A DNA stretch of 64,000 bases, taken from contig MGTV01000013.1 of the NCBI GenBank assembly GCA_001799635.1, positions 21,467-85,466 on the forward strand. Reading direction: 5' to 3'. The stretch's first letter is position 1, and each line of letters opens with the position of its first letter. This stretch comes from Elusimicrobia bacterium GWA2_62_23. GTDB lineage: Bacteria; Elusimicrobiota; Elusimicrobia; Elusimicrobiales; UBA9959. A program made the translations under genes and the position numbers. The notes beneath the pieces are model-generated. The model was not told where the DNA came from, did not search any database, and was given only the letters and a program-made list of their open reading frames with translations. This document shows positions 41,366 to 51,168 of the stretch, in pieces.

Positions 41366-42160
41366 CTAAAAATCCAGGTTGGGGGCGGCGCCGCCGCCCG
41401 ACGAGCGCAGGGCGTATAGCAGCGCCGCTGCCGAGAGGATGGCCAGCATGCCGCCGGCCTGCAGGAACAGCCGCGCCGAATCGGAAACGTCGGCCTTATA
41501 GGCCTCGTAGGCCAGGTCCGACACGGTTTCGGCGCCGTGGCCGAAGAAACAGGGCGTGTTGGCGCCGCCCTCCTGCTCCAGCTTCACCAGCGCGCCCATG
41601 AGGTCCGACGGGATATTGAGCTGCGAGCCGCCGCGCACGGCGGCCAGCACCACGGAAAGCGTAACGGGGGTCCCGATGACGGTGACGTTGTCCCCCTCCA
41701 GCAGCACCTGCTCGGTCTTGCGCACGTCGCCGGCGGTTTCCAGCAGGCCGGTGGTGTCGTCGCCGTACTCCGGGCGGCTGAAATCAGGAGAGGAAGCCGA
41801 CGGGAACACCAGCACCCCGCCGGAACCGTCGTCCACCTTGAAACCGCCCACGGCGTCCAGGCCGCTCTTCACCCAGCGCGAATGGGCGCCGCCCTTGCGG
41901 CCGTGGCTGACCTCCAGCCTTTCGGTCTGCTCTAGGTAAAAGATGCAGGGTTTTTTAGAGACCGGCGCCGTGAAGGAGGCCAGGCCGGCGGCGGGGCCGC
42001 TTATCAGCTGGCGCTCGCCGGGGCGCAGGTGGCCGGTGGCGGTGCGCTTGTAGCCGGCCAGGCGGCCGGCTTTATACCGCTTCAGGAACCCGATACCCAA
42101 AAGGATCGCGCCGGCCAGCAGGCCGAGGCCGGGAAAAACCAGGTTATTAGGATCGCCCAT
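41366..42160 (-). CDS. Membrane protein, possibly GIDE-like, with N- and C-terminal TM helices
   Basis: 264 aa. TM helices at both ends around a soluble beta-rich core. The family guess is weak. Confidence 0.4.
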   Translation of the reverse strand: MGDPNNLVFPGLGLLAGAILLGIGFLKRYKAGRLAGYKRTATGHLRPGERQLISGPAAGLASFTAPVSKKPCIFYLEQTERLEVSHGRKGGAHSRWVKSGLDAVGGFKVDDGSGGVLVFPSASSPDFSRPEYGDDTTGLLETAGDVRKTEQVLLEGDNVTVIGTPVTLSVVLAAVRGGSQLNIPSDLMGALVKLEQEGGANTPCFFGHGAETVSDLAYEAYKADVSDSARLFLQAGGMLAILSAAALLYALRSSGGGAAPNLDF

Positions 42161-42207
42161 TACCGCCTATCTTACCAAAAGGCGAGCCGGCAAAAAATGA
42201 CCCGCTG

Positions 42208-42945
42208 TCAGTCCGCGCAATAGCCTTTACCTTTCAGGCCGAGCCGGTAATGGGCCTCAAGCTCCTCCGCCGGGAGCGGGCGGCCGTAAACGGCAACCTC
42301 GTCTATATAGCCGTCCAGCGGCGAGTGGTAACCGACCACCGCGTAGGGGTCCCAGCCTATTATCCCCGGTTTGGCCGGGTCGTTTACCATTCTGCCGGGC
42401 GCGGCCAACGCGGCGTCCAAGCGGCCGTCCAGGTAGATCTTTATGCGGGCTCCGTCGAAGGTAAAAGCCACATGATGCCATTCGTCAGGCGTAACGGAGG
42501 CGTAGCCGCGCCGCCAGTCAGCGGGGCTGGTGCCATCCACGAAAACGGAAAGATTGTTCACCGAATTGCCCGGACCGCCGATGGTAAGGCAGGCGGAAGG
42601 CCCCTTACAGAAAACCCTGGCCCCGGAATTACTGTGATCAAGGGTGCGGTATTTTATCCACGCCTCCACCGTAACTTTTTCCAGAGAGTCCAGCGCGGTA
42701 AGGTGCTGGAAAAGGGCGTAACCGGAATTCTGCATTTCCAGGCCGGAACCGGCGCGTCCCTCAGAATACCAGGCCGGCCCGTTAAGGAACTCCGGCGGCC
42801 GGCCGGCCTCGGGTTTTTCGTTGAAGTTCCAATAAGCCAGCATTCCCTCCGGACAGCCTTTCCCGGCGCGGCGGCCGGCGGAACCGCACCCGCAAAGGAC
42901 CAGCAGACAGGCGGCAGCCCAAAAGTTCATAGAGATATTTTTCAT
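42208..42945 (-). CDS. LamG-domain (concanavalin-A-like) lipoprotein
   Basis: Lipobox LLVLCGCGS. VTVEAWIK..., WHHVAFTFDG..IKIYLDG and GYIDEVAVYGRPLPAEE are typical LamG strands. Confidence 0.75.
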   Translation of the reverse strand: MKNISMNFWAAACLLVLCGCGSAGRRAGKGCPEGMLAYWNFNEKPEAGRPPEFLNGPAWYSEGRAGSGLEMQNSGYALFQHLTALDSLEKVTVEAWIKYRTLDHSNSGARVFCKGPSACLTIGGPGNSVNNLSVFVDGTSPADWRRGYASVTPDEWHHVAFTFDGARIKIYLDGRLDAALAAPGRMVNDPAKPGIIGWDPYAVVGYHSPLDGYIDEVAVYGRPLPAEELEAHYRLGLKGKGYCAD

Positions 42946-43005
42946 GGTCGTTCCCCCCGCTTTATCTTACTAAAAGCGGGAACAGGAAAGAACGAGCGGT
43001 TGATT

Positions 43006-44004
43006 TTAGCGAATGACGCGCCTGCGGACCGCAGGGCGGGGCGCGGGGCGCGAGGGCGGCGGGCCGTAGCGGTCCACGGTCTCGTGGTAGACCACGTCCC
43101 ACTTGAAGCTGACGCCCAGGTGGTGCGTGGGCCCCAGTTCGCCCATGGTGCGCAGGGAATAGTCGAAAGCGGCCGACGGCAGAGACAGACCGAAGCCCAC
43201 GGAGAAGCCGTTGATGCCGCCGGTGTCGCTGGCGGAAGTGTTGTAGCCGGCGCGCAGGACCATGGCCATGTCGTCGCGCAGGAAAGAGGTGTACTTGCCG
43301 CCCACGGCCAGCCACGGGCTGGAACCGCGGGTGATATTGATGTCGAACACCGCCAGCAGGTCGCGCCCGTAGGGCAGGCCCGCGCCGAACTTGAAATTGA
43401 GCGGCAGGGGATATGTTTCGCTGCCGAACTTGAGGCCGCCGCCCAGGTTCTGCACGGAGGCGCCCACCACGCCGCGCCCGGCCCGGCGGGTAATACCGGC
43501 GTCGGCCGCGAAGGCGGTAGCCGAGCGCTTTATGCGGGTGTTGATGTATTTGAGCGAGAACCCGGCCGAGGTGGCGTTGTCCAGGTCGGTGCCCCAGCCG
43601 GCTTCAACGGCCAGGTCGCGCGGCGAGAGGCTGCCGGCGGCCGCGCCGGTATTGTCCGTGGCGTCCATCTTGCCGTAGGAGAGGTGGCGCAGGCCCACGC
43701 CGGCCACGCCGCCGTAAGGCATGCGCACGGCCGCGCTCAGCACGTTAAAGGTGAGGGAATCGGCCCAGGCCGCGTGGGAGAACGAAGCGTAGCCGCCTTT
43801 CACCGAAGACAGGCCGGCCGGGTTGATGAAGATGGCCGGCGACCCGGCGGTAACGGCCACCCCGGCTTCGCCCATGCCGGCGCCGGAAGCGGAGGTGGGC
43901 AGGCGCAGGAAAGCGCCCGACACGGTGCCGTTGTCGGAAGCGGCCTGCGCCGGCTGGCAGGCGGCCAGCAGCGCGGCGGTTAATAGCGCGCCCAGGGTCT
44001 TCAT
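43006..44004 (-). CDS. PorV/PorQ-like (FadL-superfamily) outer-membrane barrel
   Basis: Signal peptide. GAFLRLPTSASGAGMGEAGVAVTAGSPAIFINPAGLS is an N-terminal motif typical of the PorV/PorQ/UPF0164 group. Its ATG overlaps the giant gene's stop (ATGA at 44004-44001). Confidence 0.6.
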   Translation of the reverse strand: MKTLGALLTAALLAACQPAQAASDNGTVSGAFLRLPTSASGAGMGEAGVAVTAGSPAIFINPAGLSSVKGGYASFSHAAWADSLTFNVLSAAVRMPYGGVAGVGLRHLSYGKMDATDNTGAAAGSLSPRDLAVEAGWGTDLDNATSAGFSLKYINTRIKRSATAFAADAGITRRAGRGVVGASVQNLGGGLKFGSETYPLPLNFKFGAGLPYGRDLLAVFDINITRGSSPWLAVGGKYTSFLRDDMAMVLRAGYNTSASDTGGINGFSVGFGLSLPSAAFDYSLRTMGELGPTHHLGVSFKWDVVYHETVDRYGPPPSRPAPRPAVRRRVIR

Positions 44005-47000
44005 CTTTCCACCGCCACTTTAAGCGTCCGCTCGTCGGAACCGGACTTTATGAAAGCCAGGTAAATGCCGCTGGCGGCCTTGTGGCCTTCGGAGTTGCGG
44101 CCGTCCCACACCTTGATGCCGCCGTCGGCGGAAGTCACTTCCATCAGCCGCACCAGCTCGCCGGTGATGGTATAAATCTTTACGCGCGCGGTGGCGGGCA
44201 GGTTGCTGAAGGTCACGCCGGCCGCGTCGAACCGGCCGCCGGCGCCGGGCTGCCACGGCACGGGGTACACCTTTATGGCGGACAGGCCGGAGGCGGGCGC
44301 GGCGAAGACCGAGAAGAAGCTGAAATGGGTGGTTACGCCGGTGATGGTCTTATTGGTCCTGTCCACCGAGGTGGCCAGCTGGGTCCAGGCCCCGCCGGCG
44401 TCGGGCACGGTATAGACCTTAAGGCGCTCCACCGAGGCCAGGGTGCCGTCCACTATGCCGTTATTATCGTCGTCCTTGTAGGAGAAGGTGAGGGCGGCGG
44501 TCTTGCCGGCGGCCAGCAGGCTCTGGCCGTTGGAGAGGTTCACCTTCACGGCCAGGTTCAGGGCGTCGGCCCCGGAGGGCGGCGCGGGCACTGCGGCCGG
44601 GTTGTTCACCAGCGTGAGCGCGGCGGTGGAATCGTTCACGGCGCCGGAGGGAATGACCACCTTGGAGACCAGCGTGGTGGTATCGTCGGCGGCCTGCACG
44701 GTGCTGGTCACGGTGTTGTTGATCTTCTGTTCCTTGCGCTGCTCGCCGGCCGAAACGCTTTCGCTGGTGTCGAAATCCACCGGGTCCACCACTATGGTGA
44801 TGGCCGGCGCGGCCGGGTCGGCGACGCTGTAAATATCCGTGGCCACCGCGCGCAGGTCGTACGTGCCGGCGCCGAGGGCGTCGGCGTCCAGGTGCACGAA
44901 GTAGGGCGCGGCCAGGTCCGGGTTGGGATGGTTGACGTTGGCGGCGGTTATATCCGTCCAGGCGCCGGCGCCGCTAGGCGTGTACTGGAAGCGCACCTGC
45001 GCCACCTGCGAGAGCTGGCCCAGGATGATCTCCGCCACTATGGTGACGCTGTTGCCCTTTACGCGCTTGCCGGCCAGCGGCACCTTTATGGCGGCGCGCA
45101 CGCCGCTGAGCACGCCCACGGCCTGCGCCGAGGCCAGCAGGGAAACGTTCTTCTCTTCGCTGCCGCAGCCGCCGGCCGCCCGCAGGGCGAACTTGTAGGT
45201 GCTGTTGGCGCTGAGGGCCGGGGTGGTCCACCCGGTCACCGTGGAAGTAAAGACGTTGAGCGGCGTATTGTAATCCACCGTGCCGGTGGCATTGTCGTAG
45301 TAGAGGCGGTAGCCTGCCACGGAAAGCGAAGGCGAAGGCTCCCAGGCCAGGGTGATGCGCGCGCCGTCCAGGGCCTCGGCGTAGAACCCTCCGGGCGCGG
45401 CCGGCGTGGAGGCCATGGTGGTGAAAGAGAGTGTGGGGCTGAAGGCGGTGTAAACGCCGGCGCCGTTGCGGGCCCGGGCCTTATAGTAGAAAGGCGAGCA
45501 CTCGGCCAGGGCCGGGTCCGAGTACGCGGTGAGCGCGCCCTCATAAACGTTCTCAAAGGAAATATTATCGGCGGAGCGCCAGAGCTGCAGCTCGGTGCCG
45601 GCCGGGTTGCCGTTCAGGCCCAGCGTTAGCGCGGCGCTGCCCAGCACTATCTGCGAAACCACAGGCTCGGCCGGGACCTGGGCCAGAGTGTACACGGTGG
45701 CGGAAGCGGCCAGCGGCCCTTCACCCTTGTTATTGCTGCCGGCCACCCGCAGGATATTGGCAGAATTCGGCCCGAGGCCCGCCTGCGTATAGGCCGCCGA
45801 GGCGGCGAAAGCGGCGGTGCCCACTGATACGCCGGGATTATTGTAAAGCGCAAAGCCGTCCGCCGAGGCCACCGTGCCGACGTTCCAGGTCCACACTATG
45901 GAACTGACGCCTACGGCGGAGCCGGCCAGGCCGCTGACCAGGCCCGAAGGCAGCAGCACCTGCGTTATGGAGGGGCCGGCCGGGGAAACGTAGGCGGTAG
46001 CCAACGAGTCGCCGTTCACGGCGCGCACACGGCCGTAATAGGTGGCGCCCTGCAGCAGCCCGGTGAAGGCCTTATTCAGGGCGGTACCGGAACCGGATGA
46101 GACGAAAGTGCTGAAAATATTCGACTCGGAGATCTCGTACTCGTAAATGGTGCCGGCCGGGTTGCCGCCGTCGGCCCAGCCCAGCGTGGCGCTGGAGTAA
46201 CCCACCGCGGAGAAATCCGGCGCCGCGGGCAGGGCGGCCAGGGTGTACACGGTGGCGGAATCAACGAGGGGGCCTTCACCCAAAGTGTTGCGGCCGCGCA
46301 CGCGCAGCAGGCGCGGCGAGTTGGGCGTGAGCCCGGCCTGCTCATAAGCGCCGGTGGCGCCGAAAGCCGCGGTGCCCACGAACACGCTAGCCCCGTCGTA
46401 GAAGGCAAAGTAATCGGCGTCGGCCACGGTGCCGGCGTTCCAGGTCCAACTGACGGTGGTGGCGCTCAAGGCGGACCCTGCCAGGCCGGTCACCGAACCG
46501 GAGGGCAGTATAGGCAGCGTCAGCGCGTAGGTGAGGCCTTCAATGTAGGCGCTCTTGAGCCCGGCGCCGTTCACCGCGCGCACGCGGCCGTAATACTGCG
46601 TCCAGGAGGCGAGACCGGTAAAGTCAGCGCTGGTGCCCGGGCCGGAGCCGGAGGAAGTGAAGGCGCCGAAGTCGCTGCTGGTGGAGAGTTCGAACTCGTA
46701 AACGGTCCAGGCCGGATTGGCGCCGGCGGCCCAGACCAGGGTGGCGCTGGTATAGGCCACCGAGGAGAAGTCCACCCAGGCCGGCGCTGAGGCCAGAGTG
46801 ATGCCGAAGCCGCTGGCGATAAAGCCGGAGCCGGGGATGGTGGAGACGAAGCCGTAGTAACTGGTATCTGGAGTAAGCCCGGTGAAAGTAATGGACGTTG
46901 TATCTGTGGAACCTGAGTACAGATATGGAGACTCAGCGGCCCAGGAGGATAGTCGCACCTGGTAAACGGCAGCGGTGCTGTGGGTAGTACTCCAGTTCAC

Positions 47001-50000
47001 GGTCAGCGAGCTCACGCCTATCCCGCTGAAAACGCCTGGGCTCAGCGTACCGCCCGCCGGCAACACATAAGTGAAGGTGCTCGCCACCGGGCCCGGATCG
47101 GAAATATTGCCGGCTGCGTCGTAGGCGCGGACATTGAACAGGTAGGTAGTGCCGCTGGCCAGCGCCGCCTCGGTTATGCCGTTATAGTTCCAAGTTAAAG
47201 TGCCGGTGGAATTATTCCACAACGGGCCGGCGGCCCAGGCGGCGCCATTCCAGTACTGCCCGTCGCTTTCGCGCAGCACGCTTACCTGCACCTGCGCTAT
47301 GCCGTGCGCGTCGGCCGCGGTGCCGGTCAGTTGCGAGAAAGAGCCGTAGGTGCCGGTAACAGGCGCGGTTATGGCCGCGACCGGCGCGGTAAGGTCATAG
47401 GTGAAAACGTTGGTGGCATAGACCACCGACCAGTTGCCGGAAAGGTCCATGGCCCTGGCGGTCACCACATAGGAAGAAGCTTCCACCCAGGCTGGCACAT
47501 TGGTGTAAGTCCAGGACGAAGGCCACAAGGAGGCGTCCACCCAGGCGGGTGCGGCCCCCCACACGGAGCCGTCCCAATAAAGGCCGGACACCAGATTCAG
47601 CACGCTCAAAGTCACGCTGCCCACGGCCACATTGTCAGCCGCCGTACCCGAGAGCTCAGGCAGCGAATTCAGCACCGAATTATGCACCGGCACCATCACC
47701 GCCACCGTGGGGGCCGTGGTATCCGCGTCCACATACGTGAAATTGCGGGTGGAATAATTGACCTCAAAATTGCCGGTGCTGTCCACAGCTTTCGTGGCCA
47801 AGTTGAAGACTTTACCCGGCAAGCCGTCGTGAGTTCCTTCGCGCCAGGCGAAATTAGCGTTGCCGGGATTGGAAAAGTCAGAGCTGGTATAGGTCCAGGG
47901 ATTCATCGTGGACTTGGGCCCGGGGGCGCCGCCTATCGCCCACCATCCCGTATCGGAAGCGGTCCAGTGCGGAAGCGTAGGCTGCCAGTAATATGTGGTG
48001 GCGCCAGAGAGGTACCACATCCTGATGCTTACTGAATTTATCGAGGAGGTAATATCAATGGAAGTGCCGAATATGGACGCCACGGCTGCGGACGAATAGG
48101 AAACGCCATTCAGAGGGAATGTAATCGCCGAAGACGGCGGAGTACTGTCAAAACTGAACGTGGAACTCACAACGCTCGTATTCCCCGCCCTGTCAGCGGC
48201 TTTCGCCTCAACACGCAATTCCGCGTCACGGTCAGGGAACGGCAGTGAGCTGGAGTCGTAGTTCCACGAGAACGTTCCCCCAGCGATCGAAGACCCCACG
48301 GCGATATTCCAAATATCCGGAAAACCGGAACAGTCCGAACTGACCCAACCAGGCAAAGACGCCGCGCCGCAGGATCCGGTCCCATCCATCCAATACTTAT
48401 CCAGCGCCACATCATATATGCGGACCATCGGATAGTCGGAGCCCAAAGCATCACCGGCCGTGCCGTAAATCGACGGGAGCACGGATACGCGCAAAGCATC
48501 CGCCGGGGCGGATATGAAAGCCGTGGGCAGAGTGATGTCGTAAGTAAAAACAGACGTGCTGTAGACCGCGGACCAGTTAAAGGAACTGTCCATGGCACGG
48601 GCGACTATCGTGTAAGAGGAGGCGTCCACCCAGGCGGGCACATTGGTGTAGGTCCAGGACGAAGGCCACAAGGAGGCGTCCACCCAGGCTTGCGCCGCGC
48701 CCCACACCGCGCCGTCCCAATAAAGCCCGGTGTCGTTGCGCAGCACGGACACCGTCACGCTGCCGACCACCACATTGTCGTTAGCGGTGCCGGAAAGAGA
48801 GAGCAGCTGGCTGCGGAACGATGCGTTCACAGGCTGCAGCACCGCCACAGTCGGCGCGGTAATATCGGCCCCGTACCAATCCACGTAGCCGGCCGGATCG
48901 TTCTCATAAAGCGGCCCGGAGCGGGCTCCGGAATAATCGTACATCGTCACGCGCGACCCGGCGGCCAGCGCCAGGGAATTCATGTTGACGCTCAGGCCGG
49001 GACCATTGAAAGCGAAACCGGTAAAGGTGGAAACGAACTGCCCGCCCGTGAATTCGACCCCGGTGGAGGCTCCGGCCATGTCCCGGAAGGTAAGGCTGGA
49101 TATCTCCAGCGAAGCCCCCGCACCCGGCAGCCCCAGCTGAAGACCGACTGCCGCGCCGGCTACCGTATTGGAGGTCACAACGAGATTTCCAAGGTTCCCT
49201 GCGCCGAGCAGTATGCCGGTGCCGGTGGAAACAACAGTATTGCCAAAAGCCGTGAAGCTCACTCCGGAATCCAGCCGCAGAGCGGAATAAGCAGGGATGG
49301 TGGCCACCAGCACGCTGTCGGCTACCACGGCCGCGGTGGAGTCGCGCACAAAGAGGCCGGCGCCGCCGCTTACGAAAGAATCCGCCACCAAAGCGCCATA
49401 GGTGTCGTCCAGGAAAGCGGCCCCGAACACAAGGCCGCCGCCTGAGATAGTGCTGTGAGCCACGGAATTGACGGCGCCGGTAACGTCGGTATAGGCCACG
49501 CCGGCCGGGTTAAGGATGATATTGTGTTCTACGCTGTTGGAGGAAACGCTGACGAGTTTCAGGGCAAAATACGAACCGGCCCCGGAAACCAGCGTGCTGG
49601 AACTGACATTATTGCCGTCAGCGCCAAAACCCAGGAAAGCGCCGTAGCCGGAGGGATTCTCAACGTAACTGCGCGTGAGGGTGTTCTGGTCAGAATTATC
49701 GGCGTGGAAAGCTATGGCGGTGGAATCCGCGGTTATGGTGCTGAGGTCCACCAGGTTGCGATCGGAATTGTTCAGCAGTTCCACGGCGCTGCCGCCCAGG
49801 TTAGAGAAGGAACTCCCGGTAACGGTATTGGAAGAGGACCCGGAAAGGTACAGGGTGGCGTAAGAGGCGCTATTGTTGCCCGCCGAGGTGCGGGCCACCA
49901 GGTTCAGGCCGCCGTCCAGCCTGATACCGTGGCTGAAATCCGCGGTCACTGCCGAGTCCGACACCTCGCTGAGCCCGGCCAGCCGGATACCGGCCAGGTT

Positions 50001-51143
50001 GATGTTGCCGGCGGAAACCACGGAGATGCTGGAGAGGATCACATTGTCGGAAGAAGCGTAGACGCCGTACGGGGTGGGGCCGGACGGGATAGCGTCGAAC
50101 CCGGCAATGGTCACGCTGGCGTTCATGATGCGGAAGACGGCGGTAGAGGAGACCGGCGGACTAACCTGCGGCGAGCCGCCGGCCGGTTCGCGCATGATGA
50201 TAAGGCGGTAGCCGTTATTGGTGAAGCCCTGCACCGTGACTTCCTCAGAATAGGAGCCGTCATTGGCCACTACTATGCAGGTGTCTCCTGCCAGGTCCTT
50301 GGACATGGCGTCCAGGGCGTCCTGGATGTAGAAATAACTGCCGCTGCCGCCGCTCTTTACGCTGATGGCGTCCGCGCAGCCGGGCGGGCGAGTGGCTCCG
50401 GCGAAGGTAAAGGTGCTGGCGCCCACTTCGGCAAGCTGGTCGTTGCCGGCCAGATCCTTGGCGGCAGCCACGGCGAAGTAAGTCCCCCCTATGGTCATGG
50501 CGGCCTGCGGCGGGCCGGCCCAGCTCCAGGTGACGGTGCCGGCGGCCAGGTTCCAGGATTGGGCCACGGTCCACTGCGAGGTGGCGCCGTTCCAGTACAT
50601 ATTGTCGGAAGCGCGGATAAGTTTCACCCAGACCTGCGCTATCCCGAATTCCGCGTCGGCGGCAGTGCCGCTGATGCCGCTGAAAAGAGCAGGAGCGGAA
50701 CCGTTGGACGGGACCGTGACGGAGGAGACGGGCAGGCCGGTGTCGAAATGAAAAATGGCGGTGGAATAAGTTTCCGAATAGTTGAGGTCGCCGTCCTGCG
50801 CGCGGGAGATGACGGTATAGGAAGAGCCGTTCACCCACACGGGCAGGGTCGCGTAGCTCCAGTTGGGGTCGGCGAAAGAGGCGGCCAGCCAGGTCTCGGC
50901 GGCGGCGAAAGCCGCGCCGTCCCAGAAATAGCCGTCGGACTCGCGCACTATCTTGACCTCCACGGCGGAAACGGAGACGTCGTCGGCGGCGGTGCCTTCC
51001 AGGGAGGCCAGGGAGCTGTGATAAGAAGGATCGGCGGGACTTACAACCGCCGTTACCGGCAGGGTGGGGTCCAAAGCGGACAGGGGTGATTCCGCGCCCA
51101 AAGAAAAGACCAGGGCGCTGAGCAGGATAGAGAGTCTAAGCAT
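44001..51143 (-). CDS. Giant secreted surface protein (about 2380 aa): Ig-like modules, parallel beta-helix region, FN3 repeats, T9SS-type/FlgD-Ig-like C-terminal domain
   Basis: I prefer the ATG at 51143 (MLRLSILLSALVFSLGAE signal peptide); the track start is 51188. Ser/Gly/Asn/Thr-rich beta-helix-like repeats lie at roughly nt 48900-50380. FN3-like units follow (…TLVWAAGANPAWTVYEFELS…YYGRVRAVNGAG…). The C-terminus reads KVYPVPWQPG…VKIYTITGELV…WDGRNSEGHKAASGIYLAFIKSGSDERTLKVAVER. Confidence 0.85.
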   Translation of the reverse strand: MLRLSILLSALVFSLGAESPLSALDPTLPVTAVVSPADPSYHSSLASLEGTAADDVSVSAVEVKIVRESDGYFWDGAAFAAAETWLAASFADPNWSYATLPVWVNGSSYTVISRAQDGDLNYSETYSTAIFHFDTGLPVSSVTVPSNGSAPALFSGISGTAADAEFGIAQVWVKLIRASDNMYWNGATSQWTVAQSWNLAAGTVTWSWAGPPQAAMTIGGTYFAVAAAKDLAGNDQLAEVGASTFTFAGATRPPGCADAISVKSGGSGSYFYIQDALDAMSKDLAGDTCIVVANDGSYSEEVTVQGFTNNGYRLIIMREPAGGSPQVSPPVSSTAVFRIMNASVTIAGFDAIPSGPTPYGVYASSDNVILSSISVVSAGNINLAGIRLAGLSEVSDSAVTADFSHGIRLDGGLNLVARTSAGNNSASYATLYLSGSSSNTVTGSSFSNLGGSAVELLNNSDRNLVDLSTITADSTAIAFHADNSDQNTLTRSYVENPSGYGAFLGFGADGNNVSSSTLVSGAGSYFALKLVSVSSNSVEHNIILNPAGVAYTDVTGAVNSVAHSTISGGGLVFGAAFLDDTYGALVADSFVSGGAGLFVRDSTAAVVADSVLVATIPAYSALRLDSGVSFTAFGNTVVSTGTGILLGAGNLGNLVVTSNTVAGAAVGLQLGLPGAGASLEISSLTFRDMAGASTGVEFTGGQFVSTFTGFAFNGPGLSVNMNSLALAAGSRVTMYDYSGARSGPLYENDPAGYVDWYGADITAPTVAVLQPVNASFRSQLLSLSGTANDNVVVGSVTVSVLRNDTGLYWDGAVWGAAQAWVDASLWPSSWTYTNVPAWVDASSYTIVARAMDSSFNWSAVYSTSVFTYDITLPTAFISAPADALRVSVLPSIYGTAGDALGSDYPMVRIYDVALDKYWMDGTGSCGAASLPGWVSSDCSGFPDIWNIAVGSSIAGGTFSWNYDSSSLPFPDRDAELRVEAKAADRAGNTSVVSSTFSFDSTPPSSAITFPLNGVSYSSAAVASIFGTSIDITSSINSVSIRMWYLSGATTYYWQPTLPHWTASDTGWWAIGGAPGPKSTMNPWTYTSSDFSNPGNANFAWREGTHDGLPGKVFNLATKAVDSTGNFEVNYSTRNFTYVDADTTAPTVAVMVPVHNSVLNSLPELSGTAADNVAVGSVTLSVLNLVSGLYWDGSVWGAAPAWVDASLWPSSWTYTNVPAWVEASSYVVTARAMDLSGNWSVVYATNVFTYDLTAPVAAITAPVTGTYGSFSQLTGTAADAHGIAQVQVSVLRESDGQYWNGAAWAAGPLWNNSTGTLTWNYNGITEAALASGTTYLFNVRAYDAAGNISDPGPVASTFTYVLPAGGTLSPGVFSGIGVSSLTVNWSTTHSTAAVYQVRLSSWAAESPYLYSGSTDTTSITFTGLTPDTSYYGFVSTIPGSGFIASGFGITLASAPAWVDFSSVAYTSATLVWAAGANPAWTVYEFELSTSSDFGAFTSSGSGPGTSADFTGLASWTQYYGRVRAVNGAGLKSAYIEGLTYALTLPILPSGSVTGLAGSALSATTVSWTWNAGTVADADYFAFYDGASVFVGTAAFGATGAYEQAGLTPNSPRLLRVRGRNTLGEGPLVDSATVYTLAALPAAPDFSAVGYSSATLGWADGGNPAGTIYEYEISESNIFSTFVSSGSGTALNKAFTGLLQGATYYGRVRAVNGDSLATAYVSPAGPSITQVLLPSGLVSGLAGSAVGVSSIVWTWNVGTVASADGFALYNNPGVSVGTAAFAASAAYTQAGLGPNSANILRVAGSNNKGEGPLAASATVYTLAQVPAEPVVSQIVLGSAALTLGLNGNPAGTELQLWRSADNISFENVYEGALTAYSDPALAECSPFYYKARARNGAGVYTAFSPTLSFTTMASTPAAPGGFYAEALDGARITLAWEPSPSLSVAGYRLYYDNATGTVDYNTPLNVFTSTVTGWTTPALSANSTYKFALRAAGGCGSEEKNVSLLASAQAVGVLSGVRAAIKVPLAGKRVKGNSVTIVAEIILGQLSQVAQVRFQYTPSGAGAWTDITAANVNHPNPDLAAPYFVHLDADALGAGTYDLRAVATDIYSVADPAAPAITIVVDPVDFDTSESVSAGEQRKEQKINNTVTSTVQAADDTTTLVSKVVIPSGAVNDSTAALTLVNNPAAVPAPPSGADALNLAVKVNLSNGQSLLAAGKTAALTFSYKDDDNNGIVDGTLASVERLKVYTVPDAGGAWTQLATSVDRTNKTITGVTTHFSFFSVFAAPASGLSAIKVYPVPWQPGAGGRFDAAGVTFSNLPATARVKIYTITGELVRLMEVTSADGGIKVWDGRNSEGHKAASGIYLAFIKSGSDERTLKVAVER
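45680..46800 (-). repeat. Tandem intragenic duplication (2 units of about 555-565 nt), each encoding a pair of FN3-like domains
   Basis: The unit boundaries are marked by ggccag(a/g)gtgtacacggtggcggaa at 45681 and 46236, and by ggccagagtg at 46791. The protein units run LASAPAWVDFSSVAYTSATLVW...ATVYTLAALP and AAPDFSAVGYSSATLGW...ATVYTLAQVP. Confidence 0.7.
47385..47730 (-). repeat. Copy A of a dispersed ~345-nt intragenic repeat (Ig-like module)
   Basis: Encodes DADTTAPTVAVMVPVHNS...WVDASLWPSSWTYTNVPAWVEASSY...VFTYDLTAPVA. The 53-nt core 47494-47546 matches 48637-48689 with one mismatch. Confidence 0.75.
48520..48870 (-). repeat. Copy B of the dispersed ~345-nt intragenic repeat (Ig-like module)
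   Basis: Encodes GADITAPTVAVLQPVNAS...WVDASLWPSSWTYTNVPAWVDASSY...VFTYDITLPTA. Confidence 0.75.
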
Positions 51144-51151
51144 AAGCCCTA

Positions 51152-51168
51152 CCGTTATAGTATAACGG
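51152..51168. promoter_or_regulatory. 17-nt palindrome CCGTTATA-G-TATAACGG just upstream of the giant gene's preferred start
   Basis: Perfect 8-bp arms, 9 nt upstream of the ATG at 51143. It lies at the edge of the AT-rich divergent promoter region shared with gsk. Confidence 0.35.

Noticed and set aside
42250-43983. 577-aa plus-strand ORF
   Set aside because: It spans the LamG and PorV-like genes and their intergenic gap on the opposite strand, and has no motifs.
44082-51089. Plus-strand ORFs inside the giant gene (44082..45629, 47304..48035, 48690..49445, 49455..51089)
   Set aside because: These are shadow frames of a 7-kb CDS with a coherent domain architecture. Their translations are Gly/Arg/His-rich.
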